A DNA stretch of 64,000 nucleotides from Octopus bimaculoides (GCF_001194135.2 NC_068993.1:39706413-39770412), one strand, 5' to 3'. Shown: positions 50,069 through 63,820, numbered from the stretch's first letter. A program made the numbers and translations. Notes: generated from the letters alone by a model not told the origin.

Positions 50069-50712
50069 AGTGAGATAGCAGTGCTTAGCATCAAAGTGTC
50101 ACTGGGGTAAAATATACAAAACCCAGTATACTCATCATGACTACATGTCTGATAAGGGTACACCAGGCACGTGCATCACAACCATATGTGCGTGACATAG
50201 TGATCTCATATCAATATAAACAGCACATGACCTTGCAGGTGGGGCCCAGTTAAAATTTTCTTCAGATCCAGTAGCCCATCCTGCTCAAAGGTCCCTGAAT
50301 AAGGATTGTTTAAGGATGATGAACAAAACATCCATGTTTCCAGATTTGAATTATCCAAACCCCAAAGAATTCCTTTCAACACATGGCTATGATGCTCCCA
50401 CACTACGTCTGCTCGTGATCAGAGATGCTCATATTGTCAGCCACTAAAGGACATGTTCAGCTGGTTAAGGTCAAACAACTGACAAGAAAATCTGTGGTAT
50501 TGAGCAGAATATTTGCTGTAGCCCATCTTTTATNNNNNNNNNNTGTTCAGCTGGTTAAGGTCAAACAACTGACAAGAAAATCTGTGGTATTGAGCAGAAT
50601 ATTTGCTGTAGCCCATCTTTTATATCAAGACAAAACAATGTACATGATAACACTTCCAATCAATTAAGATCAGAAGCCATGAGAGCCACTGCCTGGTACT
50701 GCATCAGGGCAT
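50069..50712 (-). mobile_element. about 550-bp unclassified interspersed element between (ATT)n arrays (about 640 bp with an artefactual 80-bp duplication and gap)
   Basis: High-complexity segment bounded on both sides by (ATT)n, with no long ORF. Strand is inferred from the (AAT)n tail. I recall similar sequence as an abundant octopus repeat but cannot verify this. Confidence 0.55.
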
Positions 50713-50734
50713 TTATTATTATTATTATTGCTAT

Positions 50735-51000
50735 TATTGGTTTCAAATTTTTGCACAGGGCCAGCAGTTTTTGAGAGGTCGACGACGTCAACGCCAGTAT
50801 TTGACTGGTACTTACATTATCGACCCCGAAACGATGACAAATAAAGTCAACTTATACGGAATTTGTACTCAGGACCGACTTTGCCATTCATTACTTCGGG
50901 ATCGATAAAAGAAATACAAGTTCAGCACCGGGGTCGACGTAATGGACTAGTCCACTCCCGTGAAATTTCAGGCTTTGTGCCTATAGCAGAAAGTGAGTAT
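50735..51000. mobile_element. fold-back pair of SINE family B halves (- 50735-50872, + 50875-51000)
   Basis: ATCGACCCCGAAACGATGACAAATAAAGTCAAC is followed about 25 nt later by CGACTTTGCCATTCATTACTTCGGGATCGATAAAA. Confidence 0.8.
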
Positions 51001-51010
51001 TATTACCATT

Positions 51011-51430
51011 AAGACGGTGGATTGGCAGAATCATTAGTAGCTCAGATAAAATTCTTCGTAAGACGGCGAGCTGGCAGAATCGTTAGCACGCCGGGCGAAA
51101 TGCTTCGCAGTATTTCGCCCGACGCTATGTTCTGAGTTCAAATTCCTTCGAGATCGCCTTTGCCTTTTATCCGTCCGGGGTCGATATAGTAAGTACCAGT
51201 TGAATACTGGGGTAGATATAATCGATTATCATACACCTCCAAATTTCAGGCCATGTGCCAATAGTAGAGAGGATAAAATTCTTTGTAAAATTTCTTCAGC
51301 ATATATACAGCTCAAATCATGCTCAGATCAACTTTGCTTTTCATTCTTTCAGGGTTGATAAAATACACCAACCTTAGTCAGTTGAGGGATCGATGTAATT
51401 GACTTTAATCTCGCTTCAAATTTACTGGCG
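51011..51430 (+). mobile_element. old SINE family B interrupted by a younger full-length family B copy (51060-51271)
   Basis: The inner copy is flanked by GATAAAATTCTTCGTAA (51045-51061) and GATAAAATTCTTTGTAA (51272-51288). Confidence 0.9.
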
Positions 51431-51948
51431 CTAAACTTTAAAAAAAAACATTTTGTTGTTGTTGTTGTTAGACTATAAGAAGAGCGCGACGCGATTTTTA
51501 ATAGATTGTTTATTTAAACGGTTTGAACGATAATTCGATAGCTCGTCTGTCTTCTTCAAGTTCAAAATGTAAAATGAAAGCAGATGCGGAAACAAAAGAA
51601 ATTCAAAATATAAACGAGGAAATCTTGCGTTCCTAGTTTGGTAGAATGACATTATCGGTTTTCAATTTTTGTAACTGGTTAAAGGAAAAAGAAAGAAAAT
51701 AGAAAAAAATTATTATTAATATTATTGTTGTTGTTAATGATGATGATGTTTTGGTGGTGGTAGTTGTGGTGATAGAGTCAGAATAGTTCGAGTGTTGAAA
51801 AAATGCTTTGTGATATTTCTTCCGGCGCTTTATGTTCTAAATTCAACCCTTTCTGTGATCAACTTTAATTTCCATCCTTTGCAGATCGGTGAAAGAAGTA
51901 TTGAAGTCAATGATAATACTTATAACCCTTCTCCTTAATATGCATAAC

Positions 51949-52150
<202 letters not shown>

Positions 52151-53228
52151 ACGACAAAAAATAGAGTGCATTTCGGTGGATGTGTGTGTATAAATTTCCA
52201 CAAAGTTTCACTAACCGTCTTCCAATTACAGAGTATTGTTCAAGTCCATGCTATCCCAGAAGCTACTTTTTCAAGATATACCACGTTGGGTTCCAACACA
52301 GAACCACTTTTTGTAAAACGAATTTCTTAACTACAGAAACATGTTGGCGACCCTCATTGCTATTAAATTGCAGTTACCTTAATTGCGTTGTTCTATTATG
52401 TTAACGAAAAATTGTAATTAGCAGCTAATATTTCTAGAATTGTTGGCAGAAAAGTGTGATTGTAAACATCTAACGCTAAAGATATTTCAAACAATCACAA
52501 ATCATTCGTATTGGCTTTACGTTATAATGACAAGTGTATCAACTTCTGTCATGGTTCCAAGATAATAGGTGACATTGACATTAGGCAGCTTAAAGGCTTG
52601 ATTCACCAGTTGTCTGATCAACATGACGGGATCACACATTTCATTATATCTATAGCAGCGATTTACATGAAGTGAAATTTGTAATATGATCATTGTAATA
52701 TGATAGATGTAGACAAACGAGTATTGACAGATATTCGAATCGAAGCCAAGTTCATTTTGTAAGTTAATTGAATGCTTCTTCAGAAACAGGTGACTTAGAC
52801 TATCAATTAATTTGTCAGTAAGGAACGGGTGTGCAAATAATTCTTCTCCTACGTTCTTAATTACAAAATATTTTTCTGAAAACTTTATTCCATTAGGTTA
52901 TATTAATGTTTTAAGCACTAGACCTAATGACGCTGTTTTTGGAGGTCTGTTTCGTTACTTCCACGTACGTCGATGGAATAAAACCATTGATGATTCCGTT
53001 CCTTGTGAATAGTACTAATTATTGCAGTGTATAAATAATGTTGGTTCTTGTCGACGCCAAAATGGAACCAAAGTTCCATAGTTATCGTTAAGGACAGGCT
53101 GGGAAGATATAATGCAAGAAATATTTTGCTGTTACTGTATGAACAAGTTACTGTAGGCTGAGTCCCTATGTTCTAACACAGTGTGATAACATATACATGT
53201 ATTTATATATGTATATATGTATATATGC

Positions 53229-53263
<35 letters not shown>

Positions 53264-53401
53264 TATNNNNNNNNNNNNNNNNNNNNNNNNNNNNNNNNNN
53301 NNNNNNNNNNNNNNNNNNNNNNNNNNNNNNNNNNNNNNNNNNNNNNNNNNNNNNNNNNNNNNNNNNNNNNNNNNNNNNNNNNNNNNNNNNNNNNNNNNNN
53401 N

Positions 53402-53437
<36 letters not shown>

Positions 53438-53886
53438 ATATGCACACATACAAACATACATATATACACACAAACACACACGTATACATATACTTACGTA
53501 AGTATATATATATCCTTTCTCTTGACAAAAACATTAAAGAAAATAAATACATTTACGAAAGTTGTGTGCGTGCTCATAGATATATTTAAAGGCTTAACGC
53601 TATGTTGAAGATTAGTGTAGTTAATGTCATTTCTAACACAGCATATAGAGCCTTACAAGAATCAAAGCCGTATAAGAGTTAACTTTCTAAAACTGTGTAT
53701 TTCTGTAATTAGATTTAACTTACTAGGGTATCACAAATGAGATGTAATTTACATTAAAGAAACATCTATATAAATAATGGTAATAAATAATGAAAGATTT
53801 ACATTCTATCATATAGTGAGTTGCCAAATATTACATGAGCGGAAGAAAAACTGAGAATAATTACCATATTTTTTATTTTTATCCTC

Positions 53887-54411
53887 TGGTTGTTACAGCA
53901 ATTTGACTGCAGCTATACTGGGGCAAAACCTTGTAGGTTTTCGTCGAACAAATCGACCTCAGTACATATACCTTAAAGCCGGGTACTTCTGTCGGTTTCA
54001 GGCATATCTTCTTGGTAAAAAGTTTGCTTTCCCGTTACATGCTTCTGGATTAAATACCACTGCGCTACATCTCTGTTTTTTTTTCTGCTGTAGCCCTGAG
54101 CCGATAAAAGACTTGTTAGTAGATTTCGTAGACAGAAATTGAAAGACGTGCCTGTCATATATATCCAATTTGTTTATGGAAAACTTTTTTAATATGCAAA
54201 TAAAGCTCCTTTTCCATTATGTACCCCTCTTGTAAACATCCGTTAATGTTATATCGCCTGAAGAACTGAATCCAAGAAGATGATCTACTCGATGCCCAAC
54301 GATGCTACAGATTACACTGAACTCATCCCAGGAATACGGACTGTGATCTTAAGGGACATGTTGTTTTGGGAAATGCACGAAGTTTTTTACTATTAATACT
54401 GTGTGTATGTG

Positions 54412-54449
<38 letters not shown>

Positions 54450-54541
54450 CGTGCGTATAAGTGTGTCTTTGTGCTTGTGTCTGTTTCCAACCATCATTGA
54501 CCAGTGTTGATTGTTTGTGCCTCGTTAACGTAGCGGCTCGC
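53887..54541. mobile_element. SINE family A fragments: tail (-) 53887-53998, head and centre (+) 54013-54156, partial tail (+) about 54470-54541
   Basis: ATTTGACTGCAGCTATACTGGGGCA; TGGTAAAAAGTTTGCTTTCCC...GTAGACAGAAATTGAAAGA; AACGTAGCGGCTCGC. Confidence 0.7.
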
Positions 54542-56082
54542 ATATATGTATGAATGTGTATGTGTATGTAATAACAGTTTATAATTTTAAGAAACGAAGT
54601 CATTATATTGCTTCATTAACAGGTATTGCGAAAAGCCTAGCCTCCGTGGTTTTAGAGTAAATTGTATGGTAAATACTCGATTATTCTTGTTTTAACTCCA
54701 TGAAGATATACGAAGATATCTGAAGAGATGCTTTACCAGCAATGTAATGCATTCCTGGACTCATTCTGTAATATGCGGCAGAAAACAGATGTCAATTTAA
54801 GACCCTGAAAATTTCAAGTCTCAGGAAAAGTAATAGATAGTTGTTATATTTAGGCAAAATAAATACAATTAGCGTATTTACTTGTATATAAGTTGTACTA
54901 TGTTAACTTGATTTTAATTAATAAACGTGGAGTTTATTAGACACGAGAAGCTAAAATTTTGAAGTGAAGTAATTTTGTACCAAGATTTAACAGCAAATTA
55001 GATGTGCAGTGTATACACGACTTTGTCTTATACACGAGTACATGTGGTGTAGGCGAAGCCTAGCTAAGTTTCCCTTAGTTTCAGACGTAGGGCGTCTCGT
55101 TCAGTTTTTCTTTTCTCTGTTTAATATGAACAGGATGTGAGTTGAGGGATATTTCACAGCTATTTCTAGTTAGATACTCGACATGATATCATAAATAAAA
55201 TCCAGGTGCGATTGAACTTTTTACTCTTTCTAAGGTGAACAGATTTTCGATCCTTTTCTTTATGCAACAATTTTGCAATGTCTAGATTTACAGCTGCCAT
55301 AATGCCGAGGGCGAAGAAAAGGAAGCAAATGATAATTATGATAATGGAAATAATAATAACTTCGGCGATGACGTTGATATAAAACAGACTACGATGCTAC
55401 GTCAACTAAATTTGATTTCTTTATTGTTTATAAAACGTTTGTTGCAAACTGTTCCACCTATCAAATAAGAAGAAAAAACAGGTAAAAAGGAGTAAGTTTA
55501 ACAAGAAAGAAAAGAAAAGGAACGTCATGAATAAATAAATATAGAAATAAATAAAGGCTTAAACAAATTAGAAAGAGAAAACAAAATTTGAAAATACAGG
55601 CATAGCGTTAAACAAGCGGAAATACTAATGTGAGAGAAGCCATCTTGTTTACAATACATATATAAATTGTTTCATTTCTAACAACGATATTTATGATAGA
55701 AAATACAAAAGATAGAAAGGAAAATAATACACAGAAGAAAAGAAAAACATAAACACGACACAAATAAGATGATAAAACAAAAAGATGAAAAGGAAATATT
55801 TTCACAGTTCAGCCGCCATTTTACTGCAGGTAAGCAGACATATGTAATAGTGAAGAAAACAAAGAAAATATGTCAAACAATGGCCGACATACAAAGATAA
55901 AAGGAAGCAAAACAACGTAAGTAAAATAAGACACAATAAAAAGAAGACAAACAAGTTGCTTCTTATAATAAACGCAAATATCGAGATGTTTATACAGCAG
56001 ATGGATATGAAGCCAGACGTAAGTACACGCACACCTACAATTATTGTCACATACTTTACAGTACAAATACACACACACAGAC

Positions 56083-56118
<36 letters not shown>

Positions 56119-56869
56119 NNNNNNNNNNNNNNNNNNNNNNNNNNNNNNNNNNNNNNNNNNNNNNNNNNNNNNNNNNNNNNNNNNNNNNNNNNNNNNNNNN
56201 NNNNNNNNNNNNNNNNNNNNNNNNNNNNNNNNNNNNNNNNNNNNNNNNNNNNNNNNNNNNNNNNNNNNNNNNNNNNNNNNNNNNNNNNNNNNNNNNNNNN
56301 NNNNNNNNNNNNNNNNNNNNNNNNNNNNNNNNNNNNNNNNNNNNNNNNNNNNNNNNNNNNNNNNNNNNNNNNNNNNNNNNNNNNNNNNNNNNNNNNNNNN
56401 NNNNNNNNNNNNNNNNNNNNNNNNNNNNNNNNNNNNNNNNNNNNNNNNNNNNNNNNNNNNNNNNNNNNNNNNNNNNNNNNNNNNNNNNNNNNNNNNNNNN
56501 NNNNNNNNNNNNNNNNNNNNNNNNNNNNNNNNNNNNNNNNNNNNNNNNNNNNNNNNNNNNNNNNNNNNNNNNNNNNNNNNNNNNNNNNNNNNNNNNNNNN
56601 NNNNNNNNNNNNNNNNNNNNNNNNNNNNNNNNNNNNNNNNNNNNNNNNNNNNNNNNNNNNNNNNNNNNNNNNNNNNNNNNNNNNNNNNNNNNNNNNNNNN
56701 NNNNNNNNNNNNNNNNNNNNNNNNNNNNNNNNNNNNNNNNNNNNNNNNNNNNNNNNNNNNNNNNNNNNNNNNNNNNNNNNNNNNNNNNNNNNNNNNNNNN
56801 NNNNNNNNNNNNNNNNNNNNNNNNNNNNNNNNNNNNNNNNNNNNNNNNNNNNNNNNNNNNNNNNNNNNN

Positions 56870-57818
56870 NATATATACATGAATATTAAGCATATATGAA
56901 TGCATGTTTGTATATATAAAGAACATACATATGCAATCTGTTAGGTACATATATACATATATGCATATATATATGTGTATGCATGAAATAAACATATTTA
57001 TATGTATGTGTATACTTGTGTGTATATGGGTGTGCATACCTATTTGTGTATATATATATATATATATATATTGTGTATATAAGTGTGATTATAAAAATAT
57101 ACATGTTTATAGGTATACATATATATTATTTTGCATACATGCCTATATATATATGCACGTATGTAGAAGTCTGTATACATACACACACGCACACACATAT
57201 ATATGTTGCACACAAACGTGCATATATATATATATATGTACATCCATACGCACCTCTTAATTTATACATATATGTCTATGTTTGAGTGTGCGCCTCTGTA
57301 CACAGACGCATATATATACACATACGTGAACGCAAGTGAGAGAATTGTTATATATATACATATATGTAGAGATATATACCTAAAAACGAATGAAAATAAT
57401 TCAACAAATAAATAACATTGACAAAGAAAATGCCTGTTTAACAATGTAAATTGGTTTCTTTTTGTGTACGCATATATGTCTGTGCTATGTATATGTGGTG
57501 TTTTATTTGTGTCAGGTAGGTGCGTGTGCGAATCTATATATGCTTGGATGATCTCATGTATGTGTATGCATATATGTATATATATGTATAGATCTTTCTA
57601 AATATATATATATATATATATATATTCATATTCAAATATATGCATACATATATAATTGGATCTCCTTACGTACACATGTGCATATATATGTATGTGTGTG
57701 TATATATTCATATATATGCCTACACAAGCGTATGCACATTTTTGTATATCTATATGTACATATAAGTTTATATATGCATATATTTATTTATATATATGTA
57801 TATGTATACGTATGTATA

Positions 57819-57871
<53 letters not shown>

Positions 57872-57940
57872 CCCCTTATATATATACATATAGATACGAA
57901 ACTATATATATTTATATATATATATATATATAGCGATTTT
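56870..57940. repeat. degenerate TA/TG low-complexity field
   Basis: Mosaic dinucleotide repeats. Confidence 0.9.
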
Positions 57941-58379
57941 TGAGTATATTTGTTTCTTTTTAGAAAAATCTCTGTGTCTATTAGAAATTAATCGCTTGTC
58001 AATATGGCATAAAGTCATAATATTCTCTGTGTTTTATCATGTTATTTTTATTCTCCTCTCCTTCAATCCCTCCCGCCCTCTTTATCTCTCCATTCTTATT
58101 ACTCCCCTTTCTCTCAACAGTTTCAACAGATTTTTAAAGAGAATTGCTTATTGTTTTATAGCTTTGTCTTTTACTCACTTTCTCTTTTCTGTTTTGTATT
58201 TTTCGGCTTTTCTTTTCGTTTCTACATAATCTTTTGTTTTTATTTTTATGTTATCTTTTTCTCTTTGTTTTAGTTCTGCTCTCTGTTTGTTTTGCCGCCA
58301 TTGTTATCTTTATTGTTCATTTTTGCTTTCTTCATACTATTGTAGCAATTATTATTATTATCGCTTTTATTCTTGATAT

Positions 58380-58395
58380 TGATGGTGTTGTTGTG

Positions 58396-58464
<69 letters not shown>

Positions 58465-58756
58465 TTATTTTCATCCTCATCATAATCATCATCATAATAA
58501 TCTTCGTCATCGCCGTCAACACCCTCCTCTTCCTCCTCCCCCTCCTCCTCCTCCTCCTCCTCCTCCTCATCATCATCATCATCATCGTCGTCGTCGTCGC
58601 CGTCGTCGTTATTATGTTCGTTTTTATCCTTATTATTTGGATCATTGTTATTGTTTTTCTTATTGTTATTCTCCTCGTTATTATGTTATGTTATTTTTGT
58701 TACAGTTACTATTGCTGTTGTCGTCATTATTATTATTATTATTATTATTTTTATTA

Positions 58757-58794
<38 letters not shown>

Positions 58795-58903
58795 GCTTTT
58801 GTTGTTGCTTTTGTTGTTATTCTATCGTTAATATTATTAGTATTGTTATTAGTTTACTATTGTCATATATTTATCTTGGGCGTTATTGTTCATATTGTTG
58901 TCG

Positions 58904-58944
<41 letters not shown>

Positions 58945-58980
58945 CTGACAGTATTATTGTTATTGCTATTTATGCTATTA
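58380..58980. repeat. compound (ATT)/(CCT)/(CAT)/(GTT) microsatellite field
   Basis: Visible tandem units. Confidence 0.9.
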
Positions 58981-60822
58981 GAAATTGATTTATTTTTATC
59001 GAGATAACGTATCTTAAAAGGGAAATAGTCGGGGCGGTGTAAGAGAAGGTAAACGGTGGGGCGAAGTCGGAGATTGAAATGTGTAGTGGAGGTGAGTGGA
59101 ATAGAAGAATAGAATGAGAGACGAGGTAAATATAAGCAAAATAGGGAATTTCTTGAGCTCCGTGAAAATTACATAGCGTAAAAATGGCGGACATTGTGAT
59201 ATGAAATTGGTTTTGTTTTCTACACAATATCACAGCTACAGCAGCCGACAACGTCTCCTTCGCCAGCGTCTGCAACCACCGACGTCGTTGCCGACATCAA
59301 ACGTTATCCTAGCTGCTATCCCCATTAACAATAGAAGAATCGTTTAAAACAATTTAATTCTAAGCAAATTGAAGCAATCAGCTTATCAAGACAGAATCAA
59401 AACAACGTAATTTCATTGCTGTTATATATCTGTAGGGTTATTTAACCACTTAAAATGCACCGTGTTGAGTCTATCCCTTTCTTTCTCTCTATATCTCTCT
59501 CTGTCTCTCCCCTCTCTCTCTCTACACACACACACGCACACGTGCACACACATTTGCTAAATGTTTAACACCTTTATAAATATGTATATATATGCATATA
59601 TATGTATATATATACACGTGTATATATATATGTATATATATATATATANNNNNNNNNNNNNNNNNNNNNNNNNNNNNNNNNNNNNNNNNNNNNNNNNNNN
59701 NNNNNNNNNNNNNNNNNNNNNNNNNNNNNNNNNNNNNNNNNNNNNNNNNNNNNNNNNNNNNNNNNNNNNNNNNNNNNNNNNNNNNNNNNNNNNNNNNNNN
59801 NNNNNNNNNNNNNNNNNNNNNNNNNNNNNNNNNNNNNNNNNNNNNNNNNNNNNNNNNNNNNNNNNNNNNNNNNNNNNNNNNNNNNNNNNNNNNNNNNNNN
59901 NNNNNNNNNNNNNNNNNNNNNNNNNNNNNNNNNNNNNNNNNNNNNNNNNNNNNNNNNNNNNNNNNNNNNNNNNNNNNNNNNNNNNNNNNNNNNNNNNNNN
60001 NNNNNNNNNNNNNNNNNNNNNNNNNNNNNNNNNNNNNNNNNNNNNNNNNNNNNNNNNNNNTATATATATATATATATATGTGCGAATATGTGTGAGTATG
60101 TACGTATACAAATATATGCATATACATATTTTCACACACAAGGAATCACCTAAATTATCCCTGTTTATATAGGTACTATATAGTTTGCATATCTGCAGGA
60201 GAAAGTATAGCTTACGTAAAACAACAAAACAGATAATCATTTGCCATATATTTCACGGTCTCTAAGGAAAGGATGAAAAAGTTCAGATTTACAGATTTAA
60301 TCCGATTGAATCAGTGCACCGCATATATATGCATGTATGTATGGATGGATGGATGGATGCATATTGGTATGTATGTATTTATCTATTTATTTATGCATTT
60401 TTGTAAGTATGAATGTGTGCATCTGTGAATATATATACGTATCTGTGTGTATGTATGCATCTGGATGTATGTTTGTATGCATATGCATGTGAGAGTTTGG
60501 ATACATCCATACATGAATAAAAACGTATACCTTGGTTCATACGTTCGTACATGTTACTGCAGGAGATGTACTTCGAACAAGAAGAATGAACTCCCCGCCC
60601 TGACATCCACAAAATACACACTAAATTGATTGCCTGTTGTTTTATATATAAATAAATATTCATTTCCTGTTTTTCGCTGTAGCAACAGACTATAATCACT
60701 GTACAATCAGAAATTGTTATTGTTACTTTTCTTTTCGGGCGCTGACTACTTTTCCTATTTGGCTGTACATTCAAACATACATTTAAGCTTGTGTGTGTTT
60801 GTGTGTATATGTATATATATCG

Positions 60823-61204
60823 TGGCACTCCGTCGGTTACAGCCACGAGGGTTCCAGCTGATCCGATCAACAGAACAGCCTGCTCCTGAAATTAACGTCT
60901 AAATGGCTGAGCACTCCACGGACACGTGTAGCCTTAACGTAGTTCTCCTGGAGATTCAGCGTGACACAGAGTGTGACAAGGCTGGCCCTTTGAAATACAA
61001 GTACATTAGAAACAAGAAGAAAGAGTGAGAGAAAGCTGTGGTGAAAGAGTACAACAGGGTTCGCCACCAACCCCCTGCCGGAGCCTCGTGGAGCTTTAGA
61101 TGTTTTCGCTCAGTAAACACTCACAACGCCCGGTCTCAGAATCGAAACCGCGTTCCCACGACTGCGAGACCACCGCCCTAACCACTGGGTCATTGCCCCT
61201 CCAC
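60823..61204 (-). mobile_element. full-length tRNA-headed SINE sharing the family C tail but with a different central domain
   Basis: Head GGAGGGGCAATGACCCAGTGGTTAGGGCGGTGGTCTCGCAGTCG...GGTTTCGATTC. Tail 60823-61007 aligns with 975-1159. Confidence 0.85.
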
Positions 61205-61408
61205 TACATATATATATGTGTGTGTGTGCGCGCGCGTGTGTGTACATATGTTTGTATGTGTGTATGTATGTATGTATGCATGCATGTATGTATGTATGTG
61301 TGTATGTATGTATGTATGTATGTATGTATGTATGCATGCATGCATGTATGTATGTATGTGTGTATGTATGTATGTATGTATATATATATGTATGTATGTA
61401 TGTATGTA
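61205..61408. repeat. (TATG)n/(TG)n microsatellite
   Basis: Visible tandem units. Confidence 0.95.
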
Positions 61409-63460
61409 AACGAAGACCGATCAAAAGTCTTGCTGATCAATCCCATTTTCAATCGCTAAAGTTTCAGGTTTGATAATTGCTCGTATGGGAAGATCAAGCT
61501 ACTTTTCGTTTAAATTGTCTATAATGAAACACAATTAGTTCACCTTAAGAGACAACACTTTTTCACTAACATATTGATAAAAACAGCAAAGCAACTAATT
61601 TGCAATAATAGAGCTGTAGTTATTGTTGTTTTTTAACCTCACATCAACGATGTTTAAGCAAATCTATAGCTAATGACCTTTCTGTTGTGACAATGTGGTT
61701 TTTTGATTTTATTTTGTATTTGTTTTTTCACATTTACTGTATTCAGGACTACTTTATTCAACATAGAGTTCCTTTTCATATTTGGAAGAATTTGATTTCA
61801 AGGAGATTTCATTGATATTTATAACTTGTCTAGTGATTGCGTTGGGGCTCGAGGTCTTTTCAAATATTGCTGTTATTTAGCTCCAGGTCATCCATTATGC
61901 AGCACACCTTTGGTCAAATACGTTCCAATTGTAACCATCATATCTGTTTGCTTTGCCTATCTTTTATACTATACTCTTCAATATTTACTTCCGTTTTGTT
62001 TTGTTTTTTTAATGTTGGGTGAGATTCGAGGGTACATGGATGCCATTATCAGCGAGATTTTGCAATCGTGTAGAGGTTATCTCTTGGGGCCAATTGTCTC
62101 GGTCGTTAATACATTTGAGAAAAAGTATGAACGCCATAGAATCTCTTTCTTTTCTTCTATAATTGTATAGATATTCACGCGAAAAACCACTGTAATTTGA
62201 AATAATAAATCATCCATTTTAATCCAGTGAAATTATTCGAAAAAATAGGCAAATAAATATTATAGAAGAACAATGAGAATATATAAAAAGGAAATAAAAA
62301 GAAGCCAAAAGAAGTTTCTCAAAAAATTTAAAAAAGAGATATTAAAGGCTAAAAGGTGACAACAATTATCATTAGTTGAAGCTTTCTTTATTATGTTCTT
62401 CAATAAATAAATACTTGATATCTTCTAATTTCACAAGGATGTTCTTTTTTTTCACCTAAGACCTATTATTTGACACCGAACAATGAAGCCATTTTGTAAG
62501 CTAATCATTATCTCTTTACTCTTCCTCTTCAACGGTAACAATAACGCCGTTGTAAAGTAGAATAATCGATAAAACCAATAACCAATTATGTAGAAAATTG
62601 ACATTATTGATTGACTCTAGATTAGATAATAAATATAATTGCTATATAAAACGTGTTCTTCATAAAATAACAAACAATGCAATTTTATAAAAGCATTCGA
62701 ACGAAGATATTTTTGAATAAAACAACAATGAATATAAAGATACTTAAAGAAATATAATTTCGTTTGCTTTTATCTTTTAAACAAAGCAATTTCACAGGCA
62801 GCTAAATGGAATAAAATGCGAGTTGCTTTAATTCTTAGTTCTTCCTTCTCTCATTCCACCACACCGCTCGTATCTATACATTTTTGTTATAGAAAGAAGA
62901 AAGAAACACAGTTCATTCAACAACCAGCGAAAGTCTAATCCAATTTAATTATGACGGATGTTAAAGTGGCAAGCGTTTACCTTTATCTATCACCAACGGC
63001 GTAAGGGATAAACAAACACACAAATAACTCTATTGACTTCATCAACGCTAATAAACACAATGAGAATAAATACACAATTAACTATAAATCAATTGAAAGC
63101 TGATTAGTGTTACATTGTAAACGAAGAGAACAGGAAGAGCGTTATTACGAGAAAGATGAGCGTTACTGAAGTGAAATAATAGCAATCGGAAATTGTAAAT
63201 GCCTGGTAAATTCGGTTCATCAGAGCCTACTGACTATTTTATGATAACACTACGATTATAAGGCTGCTCAGTGTTAGCAAAAAGGTCACTTTAAGTCAAC
63301 ATATTCTCCTTTGAATCAGCGTTAATGTGTTGCGTTAAATGCAACACCTCAACAGTCCTACACATTACCTTGCACTATACTGTATATACATATACCTACA
63401 TATACCTACATATACATATATATACATACGCGCGCGTATATATGTATATACATATATATA

Positions 63461-63502
<42 letters not shown>

Positions 63503-63688
63503 GGGCTATAGTACTTGTCCAGACTGTCACACAGCAATTGCAATGAATGATTATCCACATCTTGTCTGACTGTGCACTTATGATTGTTAGATGGTCTGAG
63601 GCTTGGTGTATATCGCCTAAACGTTAATTTGACTTATCGTATTGCTTTAAAGGTTCTGTTCAAGGGTTCACCACGGGCTACTCAACGG

Positions 63689-63694
63689 CAGCTG

Positions 63695-63747
<53 letters not shown>

Positions 63748-63748
63748 G

Positions 63749-63786
<38 letters not shown>

Positions 63787-63820
63787 GCTGCTGCTGCTAC
63801 TACTACTACTACTACTACTT
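63689..63820. repeat. (CTA)n microsatellite with CTG interruptions
   Basis: Visible tandem units. Confidence 0.95.

Noticed and set aside
50454-50623. 80-bp exact direct repeat (LVKVKQLTRKSVVLSRIFAVAHLL twice)
   Set aside because: The copies flank a 10-N gap (50534-50543); same overlap artefact.
52745-52790. CTGAAGA hammerhead-like core on the minus strand
   Set aside because: No helix II followed by GAAA at a suitable distance.
61826-62170. 114-aa hydrophobic ORF
   Set aside because: It overlaps the reverse complement of a family E repeat tail and T-rich sequence, with no domain signature.
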